From: Octopus bimaculoides
Lineage: Eukaryota
DNA length: 64,000 bases
Direction: 5' to 3'
Assembly: GCF_001194135.2 (NCBI RefSeq)
Contig: NC_068987.1
Coordinates: forward strand, 98,431,224-98,495,223
Shown piece after piece: positions 12,975 to 25,607 of this stretch. The first letter of the stretch is position 1. Each line of letters opens with the position of its first letter. Both the position numbers and the translations under genes were made by a program. Under the pieces are notes generated by a model. That model searched no databases, was not told the origin of the DNA, and worked only from the letters and a program-made list of their open reading frames with translations.

Positions 12975-13243
12975 TATATATATATATATATATGCACACA
13001 TACATATATGTGTGTGTGTGTATGTGTGTGTGTGTCATCCCACCATCACTTTGACAACCGATGTCGGTGTGTCTACGTCCCCATAACTTAGCGGTTTGGC
13101 CAAAGAGACCGATAGAATAAGCACCAGGCTTACAAAGAATAAGATTTGGGGTCAAATACTTCAACTAAAAAACAATAATTTAAGGCGGTGCTCCAGCATG
13201 GCCGCTCTTAAATGATTGGAAAAAGTAAACGAATAAAAGAATA
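12912..13243 (+). mobile_element. SINE family A, 5'-truncated, with expanded internal (CT)(TA)(TG) tract
   Basis: gaagcccgtcgt followed by about 100 nt of microsatellite, then the 3' half. Confidence 0.85.
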
Positions 13244-14799
13244 TATTTATATGTGCGTGTGTGTGTGAGTGTGTGTGTATGTGTGTGTATGTATTTGTGT
13301 ATTTATGTGTGTATATATCGATCCACTTATATCCGTGTTTGTGTGTGTTTGTATGCATGACAGTACGTACAAATATATGCGTATAGTGCACCACAACCGG
13401 ATTTTATGCTTGATGATGTAACACAAACAAGCCCATTTTACAGTCATGTTTATGATTATAACTTCAAATATAGATTCATATGACAGCTGCTCTAAATATA
13501 CTGGGTCCTCAAATAATGGTACCTCTCACTGCAATTGCCTCCACTGTACAACTAAATGGACCTGGTAGTTATTCAACACGAGCTTCAAGGATATGTACAA
13601 TATTTATAGCACATCAGTCCTTGTCGATATTCTATGCTGATGATTTGTATAGTTACTTTGACGTTATGAATTGGTTTCCAGTTTCATGTGACTTAACCGA
13701 CTAATTTCTTTTTCTTCTTATAAACTTTTCTTTCTTTTTATTCTCTGAATTCCTCTCACCCTTTTATATTTTTAATCTGCTTGTTTCACTCATTTAAGTA
13801 TACACGTGTCATTCAGTGTTGCAAATCTTCTCCCAGGGGTGATTGCTAAAATCACAGCAGTCTTATATCTGTTAAACACCTTATGAGTGATGAGTGTATT
13901 CTCATGATGACCTTCCTTACAGCCTTTAAAACATCACTATAAATACCCCAACGCCAGTACAAATAGCTCTCTAACGTGTCTATTTTAAGTGGATTGTCTT
14001 TTAAAAAAAGGCCATTAAAATAAAATGGAAAACGTTAAAATTTTTATGATTTTTGTATCCTACTTACGTTTCATCTGTTGAATATCTCTTGCTTTTATTA
14101 TATTTTCATTTGTTATAACGCTTAAATTTTCTTTTTATAGATAGCATATAGTTTTAAACTCTATATTCTTTTTGTTTGTGAGAATATTTACATTTTTATC
14201 TTGTGGAACATCTATGGCTTTCTGTATTTATTTATTTTTTACGTCTATAAAGCAATTTTTATACGGAATAAAATTTGAAAACTGGCAATAAAGTTTAAAA
14301 TCTCTGGCAATGTTTATCGAGAATAAACTTTGAAATCCATTTATGTTTTCATGTGTAAAAGATAACATATATGATTTCTTTTATTCATCGGAAATATATG
14401 TGTCTTTTATTCAGCCAGAAAAACAATATTTAATGCTGTAAACAATCTCATTTCATCGGCAAAACGAGGAATCTACTTCATCAATATACTATATAAGACT
14501 TCTTTTAAGATATATAGCTAGCTGATGGAGAAATATCTCTACGATAATCTGAAAAGAAAATGTAACAGTTTCATTGTCTCCACTTTTATTATTGATTACT
14601 AACCGTTGTCAGAGGTCATCACGAATTTATGAGGGAGGAACTATTTGATAAAATATGCACAATATATATCTGGTATTTATTTTAATCGACCCTGAAGAGA
14701 AAGAAAGATACAGACAACGTAAGCTGTATTATAACGCAGAAGACGACGGGATATAAATAAATGTTGATCTCTAAGATAGGCTCAATAGTCACATATATT

Positions 14800-14945
14800 T
14801 GTGGTAGGGAACAATCGATTAAATCGATCTCAGTCAGTTCATATCACCTTCATTGTTTACCCCGGAATGAAAAAAAAAAAGGGCAAAGTTGATCTCGACT
14901 GGACTTGAAGTCACAACGTGAAGGGATTTAAGTATGTGCACTCCA
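14800..14945 (-). mobile_element. Degenerate SINE family B
   Basis: ggggaacaatcgattaaatcgatc...ggcaaagttgatctcg...ttgaagtcacaacg-like remnants. Confidence 0.5.
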
Positions 14946-17900
14946 ACATTTCTCACAATTATTCCTCTTCGTATATAAATGTATTCCTACACTGACAGAT
15001 TTGTACATAACTACGTTTACATGTACTTATATATATATATATATATATAAACACACTTACATATGCACATATATACATACAAGCACGCACACATACACAC
15101 ACACACACACACACATACACACACACAAAACACACAAGCACCTATATGTGTGTATGCGTGTATTTCGTGTGAAAATTTATGTTCTATACTTTTATATGTC
15201 ATTCTTTATATAAAATTTATTTACTTGAATTATTAACTAATGTCCACCTCATGGACGGGAAATATTAAGAGGAACAGAAAATCTCATTTTATACTTTCAC
15301 TGAATATTTAAATTACTTAATAGACATTAACGGCAGATAACTGCCCTTTGCGGAATATAACTTGTTGAGACATTTGTGAATAATTAATTGATGAGAATAC
15401 CAACAATGCATTATCATAAATCATTTTTTCCCTTTATTTTCTAACCTAAGGCCAAAAGCATAGGTCTTTTCTGATGTGGGTGGTACAATACGTAATGTTT
15501 TAAACAGCAAGCGTGTTACAAAGATGTTGAAGGTACAGGTTTGACAATTCATAGAACTACCAACAGAGTTACGTAACAATTTGTAAAGGACTGCATTAAT
15601 AAATGTGCTGTTTGAATAAATCTTTTGTAGGAACTGTATATATACATGTTCGTTTTCAAGAACTCAGCTGCATAATGCATGTGTTATAGAAAATAGTGCG
15701 ATGCATAATGGTCTGAATGAAAGGTCATTGATTGCCTCACGTAGTTCCAACGGATAATGCTTTCCTTAAACAGAGAGGAAATTAACATACGTGTGGTAAT
15801 CCAGTGAAAGAGAGATTACGTATACGTCAACAGAATTTCTGTATACACAACATTCTCTGCAAAAATCCATTTTCATTCTTTGTTTTTGCCATGATGCCAA
15901 GTCCACTTGAATTTTATTCTCCGAACATAGTTACATAACGTTGGCCAAGACGAAAACATTTATTGTTCTGCATGTGAACACAGGCGTTCCAAAGTATTTG
16001 ACGATGTGCTCTGTATATTGTATGACCAAAGGATAGTTGCACCTGATGTTAACCGCTTTGGATTTGGAATAGCAGTGTATAATCAACTGGATGCTTATGT
16101 ATTCATGGGATAAATAAGTTTTTCGGTTATGGGTCATAGAACCAATAACTGCAAAGCCTTTTGTGCTGTTAAATTATTCTTCACTGAATACATCCAAAAG
16201 TATCACATCAGTGTGCTGATGCAGTTTCATTGCTACCTCATTCATCTTTTTAAAACTTTCTTCAAATTGACCATCGTGATTTGAAGACGATATGCGGAAA
16301 AGATAAAATTCGTTTTACATATTGTATTCGACTCTCAGAAATTGAACTTGATGTGGCTGCAAAATTAAGGGTGCGATATCTTCGAGAATGCATATAATAA
16401 TTCCATCAAAGATTTTGTTCCTGTCAGTACAGAATGAAGCGTACTGTGAAATTATGTAGCCCCAAATCAATGTCTGCCGTTAAATGCGTTTCTCTATGTG
16501 TCTTCTATACAAAATGATTGCATGTGGCAAGGTTTATTAAACATGGAATTTTGTCTCTCTTATGTTATGTTGCAAGGGAAATTGTTGTTCAGTTTTTGAA
16601 CTTCTGTGATATTTAGGTTGAAGTCAATATACATCTACATGAACATCGCTCCAATACCATTGCTGAAAAATATCGCTCGGTTCGTTACTTGTTGTGGCTA
16701 TGAGTATAGGTGCACATGTCCTTGCATCTGTACCAGCTGCAGCCACGTCAACTACTTTGCTGTGCCATGTACAGGCAAGTTCGCTTCCTGAATATCCACA
16801 CCTGAATATCGCCTTTTAATGGAAATACCAGTGGGTGATAAGTCCCGTACAGGCTAGTGTTTGCTGTTTTGTCGTTCGGAATTTCTTTATTTGATGAAGA
16901 TTTTCATGAGTAATCACATTTCTACAATTACATTTCTTTATTCACGTTGATTTGTGAAGATTAGCCGATATAATAGGACTCTGATAGAGCTGGGAAACTC
17001 AAAGCGTCAATCCTTCCCGTTACCTTTACTTTATATCAACAGGTATCTTTTAGATAGTGTCAATAACTAATTTTGACTCTGTCCGTTTTTCTGGAGCTTT
17101 TGATTTATTTATTGTCTTTGGTTTCGATCATATCTCTATCTTCAGAGCATATCATCTTTTTGTCTTTGCTAACAACATTAATTTTAAATTCTTTATTTCT
17201 TCACCTCAGTAATTGCATCCAGTTGTGGCGTTCAGGTGAGTTATCTCGATATTTTCTTGGCAACTTTCCCGCTTATGAAGCTAATTTGACTTTTCCTGCC
17301 CTCCGAGGAACCTTCATTATTGGTTTCTTTGTCCTCACTATCAACGTTTTCGAATTTATTATGCTGTCTAAACATATATATGACGTGACATATCTCGTAA
17401 TATCGAATAAATTTGACTTTGTTTCCTCTCTGTACCTGAATTTTATTCCACTTGCCAATTTCGTCCCACTGTGAAATGTTCATTTTGTTTTCCGATTAGC
17501 TTTGCTAGTATCCATCGATAAAGGAAGAAAAGTAAGGAGGAGTACGAAGAGGAGGAGGAGGGGATGAGAGAGAGCGAGAGAGAGGCAGAGAGTACATAGA
17601 GAGGCATAATGATTACTTAAGATCACATTTTTTTTAACAGAAGAGTAACAGACATTTTGTTCTTATTAAGGACACAGGCTGCAGTCTTAGAGCGCCATAT
17701 CAAAACTTATAAAGGAAACGATTCCCTTTTAGTATAATGTACATTACTACGGAAGAGAAAAAGATACGACAAAAGAATCGAAGCTAACAACCGGATAAGT
17801 GGAAAGAAACAGACAGCGAAGAAGGAAAGTACGTTTACATATATTTAAATCAATTTAGTGCTGTAGCTAAAGAAATAGATAAATAACTGTAAAATAAGCG

Positions 17901-18644
17901 AAGAAAAATTATGTAAAAAGTATAAAATGAAAGCTTAGTGACGATTCCTACAACGACAAAAAACGAGAACGAAATGAATTTGAGAATAAATAAACAGGAA
18001 ACAAAAATTGACTACAANNNNNNNNNNNNNNNNNNNNNNNNNNNNNNNNNNNNNNNNNNNNNNNNNNNNNNNNNNNNNNNNNNNNNNNNNNNNNNNNNNN
18101 NNNNNNNNNNNNNNNNNNNNNNNNNNNNNNNNNNNNNNNNNNNNNNNNNNNNNNNNNNNNNNNNNNNNNNNNNNNNNNNNNNNNNNNNNNNNNNNNNNNN
18201 NNNNNNNNNNNNNNNNNNNNNNNNNNNNNNNNNNNNNNNNNNNNNNNNNNNNNNNNNNNNNNNNNNNNNNNNNNNNNNNNNNNNNNNNNNNNNNNNNNNN
18301 NNNNNNNNNNNNNNNNNNNNNNNNNNNNNNNNNNNNNNNNNNNNNNNNNNNNNNNNNNNNNNNNNNNNNNNNNNNNNNNNNNNNNNNNNNNNNNNNNNNN
18401 NNNNNNNNNNNNNNNNNNNNNNNNNNNNNNNNNNNNNNNNNNNNNNNNNNNNNNNNNNNNNNNNNNNNNNNNNNNNNNNNNNNNNNNNNNNNNNNNNNNN
18501 NNNNNNNNNNNNNNNNNNNNNNNNNNNNNNNNNNNNNNNNNNNNNNNNNNNNNNNNNNNNNNNNNNNNNNNNNNNNNNNNNNNNNNNNNNNNNNNNNNNN
18601 NNNNNNNNNNNNNNNNNNNNNNNNNNNNNNNNNNNNNNNNNNNN

Positions 18645-18677
<33 letters not shown>

Positions 18678-18684
18678 ATATATC

Positions 18685-18745
18685 ATGTTGGTGCTCCAGC
18701 ATGACCACACCTGCATGACTGAAACAAGTAAAAGAAAAATTGAAT
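18685..18745 (+). mobile_element. SINE family A 3' tail fragment
   Basis: ggtgctccagcatgacc...tgactgaaacaagtaaaagaa. Confidence 0.75.
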
Positions 18746-18751
18746 AATAGA

Positions 18752-18785
<34 letters not shown>

Positions 18786-18804
18786 ATGTATATATACATA
18801 GCAG

Positions 18805-18900
18805 AAGACGCTTGCCGAAGGTGCCCGTAGCTGAATCGTGCCTGCAACCATATAATTGTGAAGCAAACTTCTTGCCAATCAGCTGCACTTGCACCATGCA
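18805..18900 (-). mobile_element. Degenerate SINE family A head
   Basis: gaagacgcttgccgaaggtgcc...aaccatataattgtgaagcaaacttcttgcca. Confidence 0.55.
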
Positions 18901-20569
18901 TGGAATCAAGCACTCTGGAGGCTTATGTAATTTATGAACTGAAATTATTTTTAAATGCATATACTTTATAGGTCTTAATCAGTAAGCATTTGATATATTA
19001 TCTGTACATTATTTATGCAGTGAATAATATAAAATTGTTAATTTGCATTACTGTGTACGCGTCAAATAATCTGTAAACATATTTGCTCTCATGTATACTC
19101 ATGCGAGATGTCTTGTGCAAATTTCTGCGATGTGATACATAAACATAACGTGAGGTCATAGCTAAGATGATTTATGCTCATGGTGAGAATCTTACCTAAA
19201 AATTTGTGATCTCAAATGTGATCACTTGTGCAAATACGAGTGACATTATGTACAAACATATGTGAAACCAGGCATAAGCATATGCTAGTTGAATTGTTAA
19301 CAGGTATGAAGTAATGTGCAAATGTGTGCAAGATTATGTAAATAAATGTCAGATTATCTCTAAATGTGTGTGAAATTATAAGTAAACATATATGCTAGTA
19401 TGTTAACATATTTGTAACCAAATGTAAAATACATGTTCATCTATGTTCATCTGTTCAATGGCTATGTTATTATGTAACTGCTCACAGGTTTACAGGTGAT
19501 CTCGGATTTTTACAAAACGTATTTTCATGGCGTTCAAATATTCACGCTAAAATAGATTCATATCTACATATTTTTTTATCATCGTATATTCTCGTATATT
19601 TCTGTTTAACCGTAATTATAGTTTGTAAGACAAAATCTGTCGTATCGTACAGATACGATGGCGGTTCTAAGCACATGTTTTCTACTTGCTAGTTCACTTG
19701 AAAATTTAGAAAAAACAAAAATCGAAGTCAATTTAATCTAATGTTTGGAATCGAAAATCTTCAACATTTTATTCTATCAAAAGTTTAAAAATTACTATAC
19801 AGTAAGTCGTTACAAAATCATGACGTTGAGAATTCCATGGTTTCACAAAATTAACTGAATGAATTAAATTTTATTCTGCATATTTCCGACAAGGACTTTT
19901 ATTTGTAACTTTGAAAGTCTACTCCATTCTGGTGTAATGAAAACAAGGTCAGTATTTCTTAAAATATTTCCTAAAGTATTTCGCCTCAGGACTTCAAATC
20001 AGTTACGGCATTATGCTCAAATCAGTTATGGTATTATGTGGAATTACGTCCTCAGACAAAATTACATTGAACAGAACAAGAAATTGCTCAACAAAATAAA
20101 AACTAATTGTAGATGGTTCATTAACGAAAACACTCACACACACATAAAAAATAATAAAAAATAAAAATAAAATACTGAAATTAAAAATATAACATTTCGG
20201 TAAAAATAAACAACGTAGTACAGACATATTTCTCACCATCAACAACAGTGCACATATACGTTACTTGGTAAAACTAAGTTCCAGTGTTTGCAAACGTACT
20301 TTCAATCTATAAAACCCGAGTTACAAACATTTTGCTGAATGGTTTGAAACCTGTACGCAATTCACTCACAAAACAGGCGCCAGCCTGCCACAATTTCTCT
20401 TAGAGCTTAAAAGGGAGTGGATAACGTTTTCTGTGCCTTGTGCGTGTCACAGAGTCTTCTCTAGATTCCCTAAAAGGAGTTTTAAGGAATGCCTGGCACA
20501 TTGGAGGAATCGGTGTAAAGTGCCATATGATACATCAGTGATGATGTATGAAACTATATATGTCATCTT

Positions 20570-21030
20570 CAAAACAAAGGAGGTGTCTTGCAAACAACTT
20601 GCACATGCAAGTGCTACCAGTCAAGAATTCCGCATACCGGAAGCCAGCAAGTGTATGGGGTCATCAGGAGAGAATGCGCGCTGTTTCGGGGCCTACCTCT
20701 CGACGGTATCAATGCGCACCGGCTCACTCACTGATATGAGGCCCCGCTTGCTAGATCAACTGATTATTAAACAAAGCTCAATATTTCTCTAGCCATCGCT
20801 CATCGTCTCTTTTTAACCAAATCCAGTGGCTAGCCTTCTCCACTGTAGTTTGGATATCGGTAATGGTGGTATTTACCTTCCGATGAGTTAGGCCTAACGA
20901 TAACAGCAGTCGTTTCATACTGTTTCCTACAAATCCTCTACATCCGACTTCGATTGGAAAATGCTCCGCTTTCCAGCCTGCGTCTTCACATTTCTCGAGG
21001 AGGTTTTCATAACAGTCCATCAAGAGCGAA
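20570..21030 (-). mobile_element. 5'-truncated HERO-clade (restriction-like endonuclease) non-LTR retrotransposon: RLE C-terminus plus 3' UTR
   Basis: Uninterrupted ...YENLLEKCEDAGWKAEHFPIEVGCRGFVGNSMKRLLLSLGL...EKASHWIWLKR (stop at 20778); PIEVGCRGF and xWLWxKR motifs are typical of HERO; GC-rich structured 3' UTR follows. Confidence 0.85.
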
Positions 21031-22109
21031 TTGTACAAAGCATATCTTACCATAAACTACTCCCACAGTATTTGCGAAGAAGGAGCATAAATGTCACCAT
21101 CAAGGTCATCTGTGATGAAGCTGAATTCTGGCTTATGGTAATTTTTAAGGTATAACATGGGAAGGTAATCAATGCTGTTGTAACTTTCGGTGATATGTAA
21201 TCGCATGGCTCACATGGACATACGAGTTCTCATGGGTCGCATGGACCATAAGTGTTTTCAAGACGCAGAAAAATTGCGAAACACTATCAGAATTGTGTTC
21301 TGTAGAGGGTGCCGAGACAAGGGACTTAAAACTGATTCGCTAGAGCAAAACGCCTTGCTTCTGAATGCTATTGTAGCTACTACAGGTATTTCTGTTGTGA
21401 GGGTTTAAAAGAGCAGAAACTTTTAGCGGCTTCACATCATCCTCATCGCAGGAGTTAAACAAGAGACTCAGTCCTCTTCCATCCAAAATCAGTTTGAGCA
21501 ATGACAATGATACTCAAGAAGATCAACAACCGCAGGAAGTAAACAACGTGAATGGTAGCCCTCACAGACCTAACAATCTTTACACAACACGATGAAGAAC
21601 AGTATCCGTAGGCTTTTACGAAAAAACGAAAACATTAAAGGAGCTGTTGGAAAAGTGGATAAAAATCAGGTACACATTATTCGAACAAGAATCCCTCTTC
21701 GTTGAGGAAGAATCAATATCCGATGAAAATGAATTCACAATCTGTGACGAAGAACCATTCTCCTCTTTAATGAAGTACTGATCGGGGAGGAGATGGGATC
21801 ACATCTGGAATACAAAATAAAATGGACAGAATACTAATGAAAATTTCCGTTAGTTATTACTAGTGTTGCCATCCGCAGTGTATGTAGATGATAGAATCTC
21901 TGGAAAATTTACTCACTAAAATATATCAAGTTTCCAACATAGTTAATGTACAATGTTGTAAATTCTTTCGTGATATTCTCTTTATTTCCTCGACGTGTAC
22001 GGTGAAGTTCATGCCCAGCTGAGGGGCCTTATAAAAACTAAGCACATACATAATTCTCCTCCGGGTTTACTAGGATATTCAAAACCATTCCTATCTGATT
22101 TTGGCACAA

Positions 22110-22285
22110 TGTCAGCAGTTTTGAGAGGCGGGACAAGTCTATTACATTGATCCCAGTACTTCACTGCTACTTATTTAATCGACCCCGAAAGGCTATAAAG
22201 CAGAGTCAACTCCGGCAGAATTTGAACGTATGACCGGATTAAATGTAGTTAAGCATTTTCTCAAACGTGCTAACGATTTTGCATG
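22110..22285 (-). mobile_element. Degenerate SINE family B
   Basis: atcgaccccgaaagg...ggcagaatttgaac...gtgctaacgatt. Confidence 0.7.
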
Positions 22286-24134
22286 CTAATATATTGAACA
22301 TTGTCAATTCTTCAACGCATAATTTTATATTTAACCTTTGCAAGCTCTATATTTTAAACATCTTAGCCTCTAAATTAATTATTTTCATGCAAAATATGGT
22401 TACTGTAGATTTAACATTATTTATATGTAAACCTCTGGGTAAAAGGAGCAGCAACTATAACTTACAAATTATCGCGTATATATGACGGACGCAAATGTCT
22501 AAATGATGACATTGTAAAAATATTGCAGACACTTAAATCAACAAACAGTGTGGCTTAGAAGAACGCGGGGTGCTTAATGACTCTCAAAGTGAGATGCATA
22601 ACAATAAATAAGCGATACAGGCATTCCGTCACAACGTTGTAAGCTGAGAAATTATGGACTCTTATAACTTAATAATGTAAAACAATGCAAAAGGAATTCT
22701 CACATCCTCCTACTTATCAGCAAGCATACAAAACCAATGATGTTTCGTTATGCATGGTAACGCACTAATTGAGAGGCAACCCTGGTGGGCTGATATGCTA
22801 GAAATAGCAACCAACAAAATCTTGCGAGTGACATTAAAGTTATTTGGAAATGCAGTGTTAAGTACATGATACTAGAGGAAAGTAAACAAGATGTTTATGT
22901 GTATATATTAATATCTGTACGCACACATAGACTCACACCCAAACACACACACATAAGTAAAGACACAAACATGTATATATGTATGTGTGTTGGGGGGTGG
23001 AGAGTATGCGTTTGGATGAATGTGTATGTTTGTGCTTGCATATATATCGATATATATAAATATATATTTCTTAATATATTATGCAGTACATTTTATGTAC
23101 ACACACTGACACATACAACTCACCACCATATATATATACATTTATATATATATATATATATATATATNNNNNNNNNNNNNNNNNNNNNNNNNNNNNNNNN
23201 NNNNNNNNNNNNNNNNNNNNNNNNNNNNNNNNNNNNNNNNNNNNNNNNNNNNNNNNNNNNNNNNNNNNNNNNNNNNNNNNNNNNNNNNNNNNNNNNNNNN
23301 NNNNNNNNNNNNNNNNNNNNNNNNNNNNNNNNNNNNNNNNNNNNNNNNNNNNNNNNNNNNNNNNNNNNNNNNNNNNNNNNNNNNNNNNNNNNNNNNNNNN
23401 NNNNNNNNNNNNNNNNNNNNNNNNNNNNNNNNNNNNNNNNNNNNNNNNNNNNNNNNNNNNNNNNNNNNNNNNNNNNNNNNNNNNNNNNNNNNNNNNNNNN
23501 NNNNNNNNNNNNNNNNNNNNNNNNNNNNNNNNNNNNNNNNNNNNNNNNNNNNNNNNNNNNNNNNNNNNNNNNNNNNNNNNNNNNNNNNNNNNNNNNNNNN
23601 NNNNNNNNNNNNNNNNNNNNNNNNNNNNNNNNNNNNNNNNNNNNNNNNNNNNNNNNNNNNNNNNNNNNNNNNNNNNNNNNNNNNNNNNNNNNNNNNNNNN
23701 NNNNNNNNNNNNNNNNNNNNNNNNNNNNNNNNNNNNNNNNNNNTATATATGCATATGCATATGTCATTATCATCAGTGGCACACAACATAATCCTCGTTT
23801 TAATGCCCACTTTCCCTCTGCTATCAGGGAACTTCTTAAGGCAATTTTCCACGGACATATTTTCTTTTCTTTTCAGCAAATTTCATATGTTCCTGTCTAG
23901 ATAATACTTCCCAGTGGTCAGACATCTTTTCGTACAATACTGGAAATAAATTATACTACTTGTATCCGAATGATATTCATTTACAGTTTCACAACAACGT
24001 CAACACACACACACACACAACTCTTACATCAATAAGTATATGTATTTGCATACATATAAATGTTATACAAACGTACATACATATGTACATGCGGGCATAT
24101 ATATATATGAACATATATGTGTGTTGCAATTTTT

Positions 24135-24710
24135 TAGTCCTAAGAGGACGTTTGCTCTAGCTGGTTAAAGATATAATCTGCATTGGATATATTGCGAGCA
24201 GGGGACCCAACTCCTACCACCTAGCGACGGTGGTAACGTCCGTTCGAAAGGAACAGCCATGTTGAAGTGGCGACAAATATTACTTGCCAGTACAGTTTCT
24301 GCGTTCATCTCTTACAGAGATTTTAGAATTAGCTTATTTGCTTGTTGCAAGATCAGCGACTGAAACTCGCTTGAAGTTACATTTATTGTGAACAGAAGCG
24401 AGCTACTGCCAATTCTAGGAGACGAGGTGTCCAGAACAGAGGAAGAGTAGGAATAGCCCGAAACCAGGCTGGTCTCCTGATCCCGTCTTTAGGTCGTATG
24501 GGTTCGCTCCCCTGCTCGCAATATATCGGATGCAATTTGCCACGTTATCCAGCTAGAGGAAATGTCCTCTTGGGGTTAAAAAAAAGTCGCAGGAACGTCC
24601 GTTCTTACGGAACAGCCATGTCACAGTGGCAACAATCATTACATGCTTGAATAACTACTTCTTTCATCACTTACGAATATATTAGAACTAGCTTCTTTGC
24701 GTGTTATAAG
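24135..24710. mobile_element. Composite repeat: ~78-bp inverted termini (24135-24213 / 24500-24578) plus 117-bp direct repeat (24235-24351 / 24594-24710) with degenerate hammerhead motif
   Basis: Arms and repeats aligned by eye; second copy of the right terminus at 45498-45577. Confidence 0.7.
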
Positions 24711-25543
24711 TATATATATTAATGATGATCAGGAGAACGGAGATTTTCCACATCTATAATTAAATTAGACATTTATTTGCAGTATTCTTTCGTGAACCTA
24801 CGCGCGTTTCAACTTCTTCGACTGCAGCCTGTTAGATGTACATCCCGGTATCACCAAAGTTTCGCTGTGGTTGGCCGACATATAAAACCGATTGAAGAGG
24901 AAACACGGTAGCCGTTAGGATCATATGTCCCTTTCAACTCATTTTTGTATGCATGTATATATATAAAAAGAATATCCAAGAATATCCAAGGATGGAGAGA
25001 AGATAGAAAAAAAAAACGGAGAGAAAAATACCTGACTGGATTAACGGTTGCACAGGTATGTATGTATCTATGTATGTGTATGGATGTATGCACACACGTA
25101 CACACACACATATATATATGTATACACATATATATATATATACACATATATATATAAATATATATGTATTTATATAAATAAATATCTACATATGTATACA
25201 TAGATACATATATATGAATATATATATATATATATANNNNNNNNNNNNNNNNNNNNNNNNNNNNNNNNNNNNNNNNNNNNNNNNNNNNNNNNNNNNNNNN
25301 NNNNNNNNNNNNNNNNNNNNNNNNNNNNNNNNNNNNNNNNNNNNNNNNNNNNNNNNNNNNNNNNNNNNNNNNNNNNNNNNNNNNNNNNNNNNNNNNNNNN
25401 NNNNNNNNNNNNNNNNNNNNNNNNNNNNNNNNNNNNNNNNNNNNNNNNNNNNNNNNNNNNNNNNNNNNNNNNNNNNNNNNNNNNNNNNNNNNNNNNNNNN
25501 NNNNNNNNNNNNNNNNNNNNNNNNNNNNNNNNNNNNNNNNNNN

Positions 25544-25607
<64 letters not shown>

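Noticed and set aside
17114-17148. CUGAAGA...AUC-GAAAC on minus
   Set aside because: No UH cleavage site or stem I; stem II is offset from the core.
20634-20709. Type III hammerhead in the HERO 3' UTR (GUC, stem I, CUGAUGA, stem III arms)
   Set aside because: No stem II, and GAAA is replaced by CUUC at the required position; the only GAAAC lies inside loop I. Reported only as a structured UTR.
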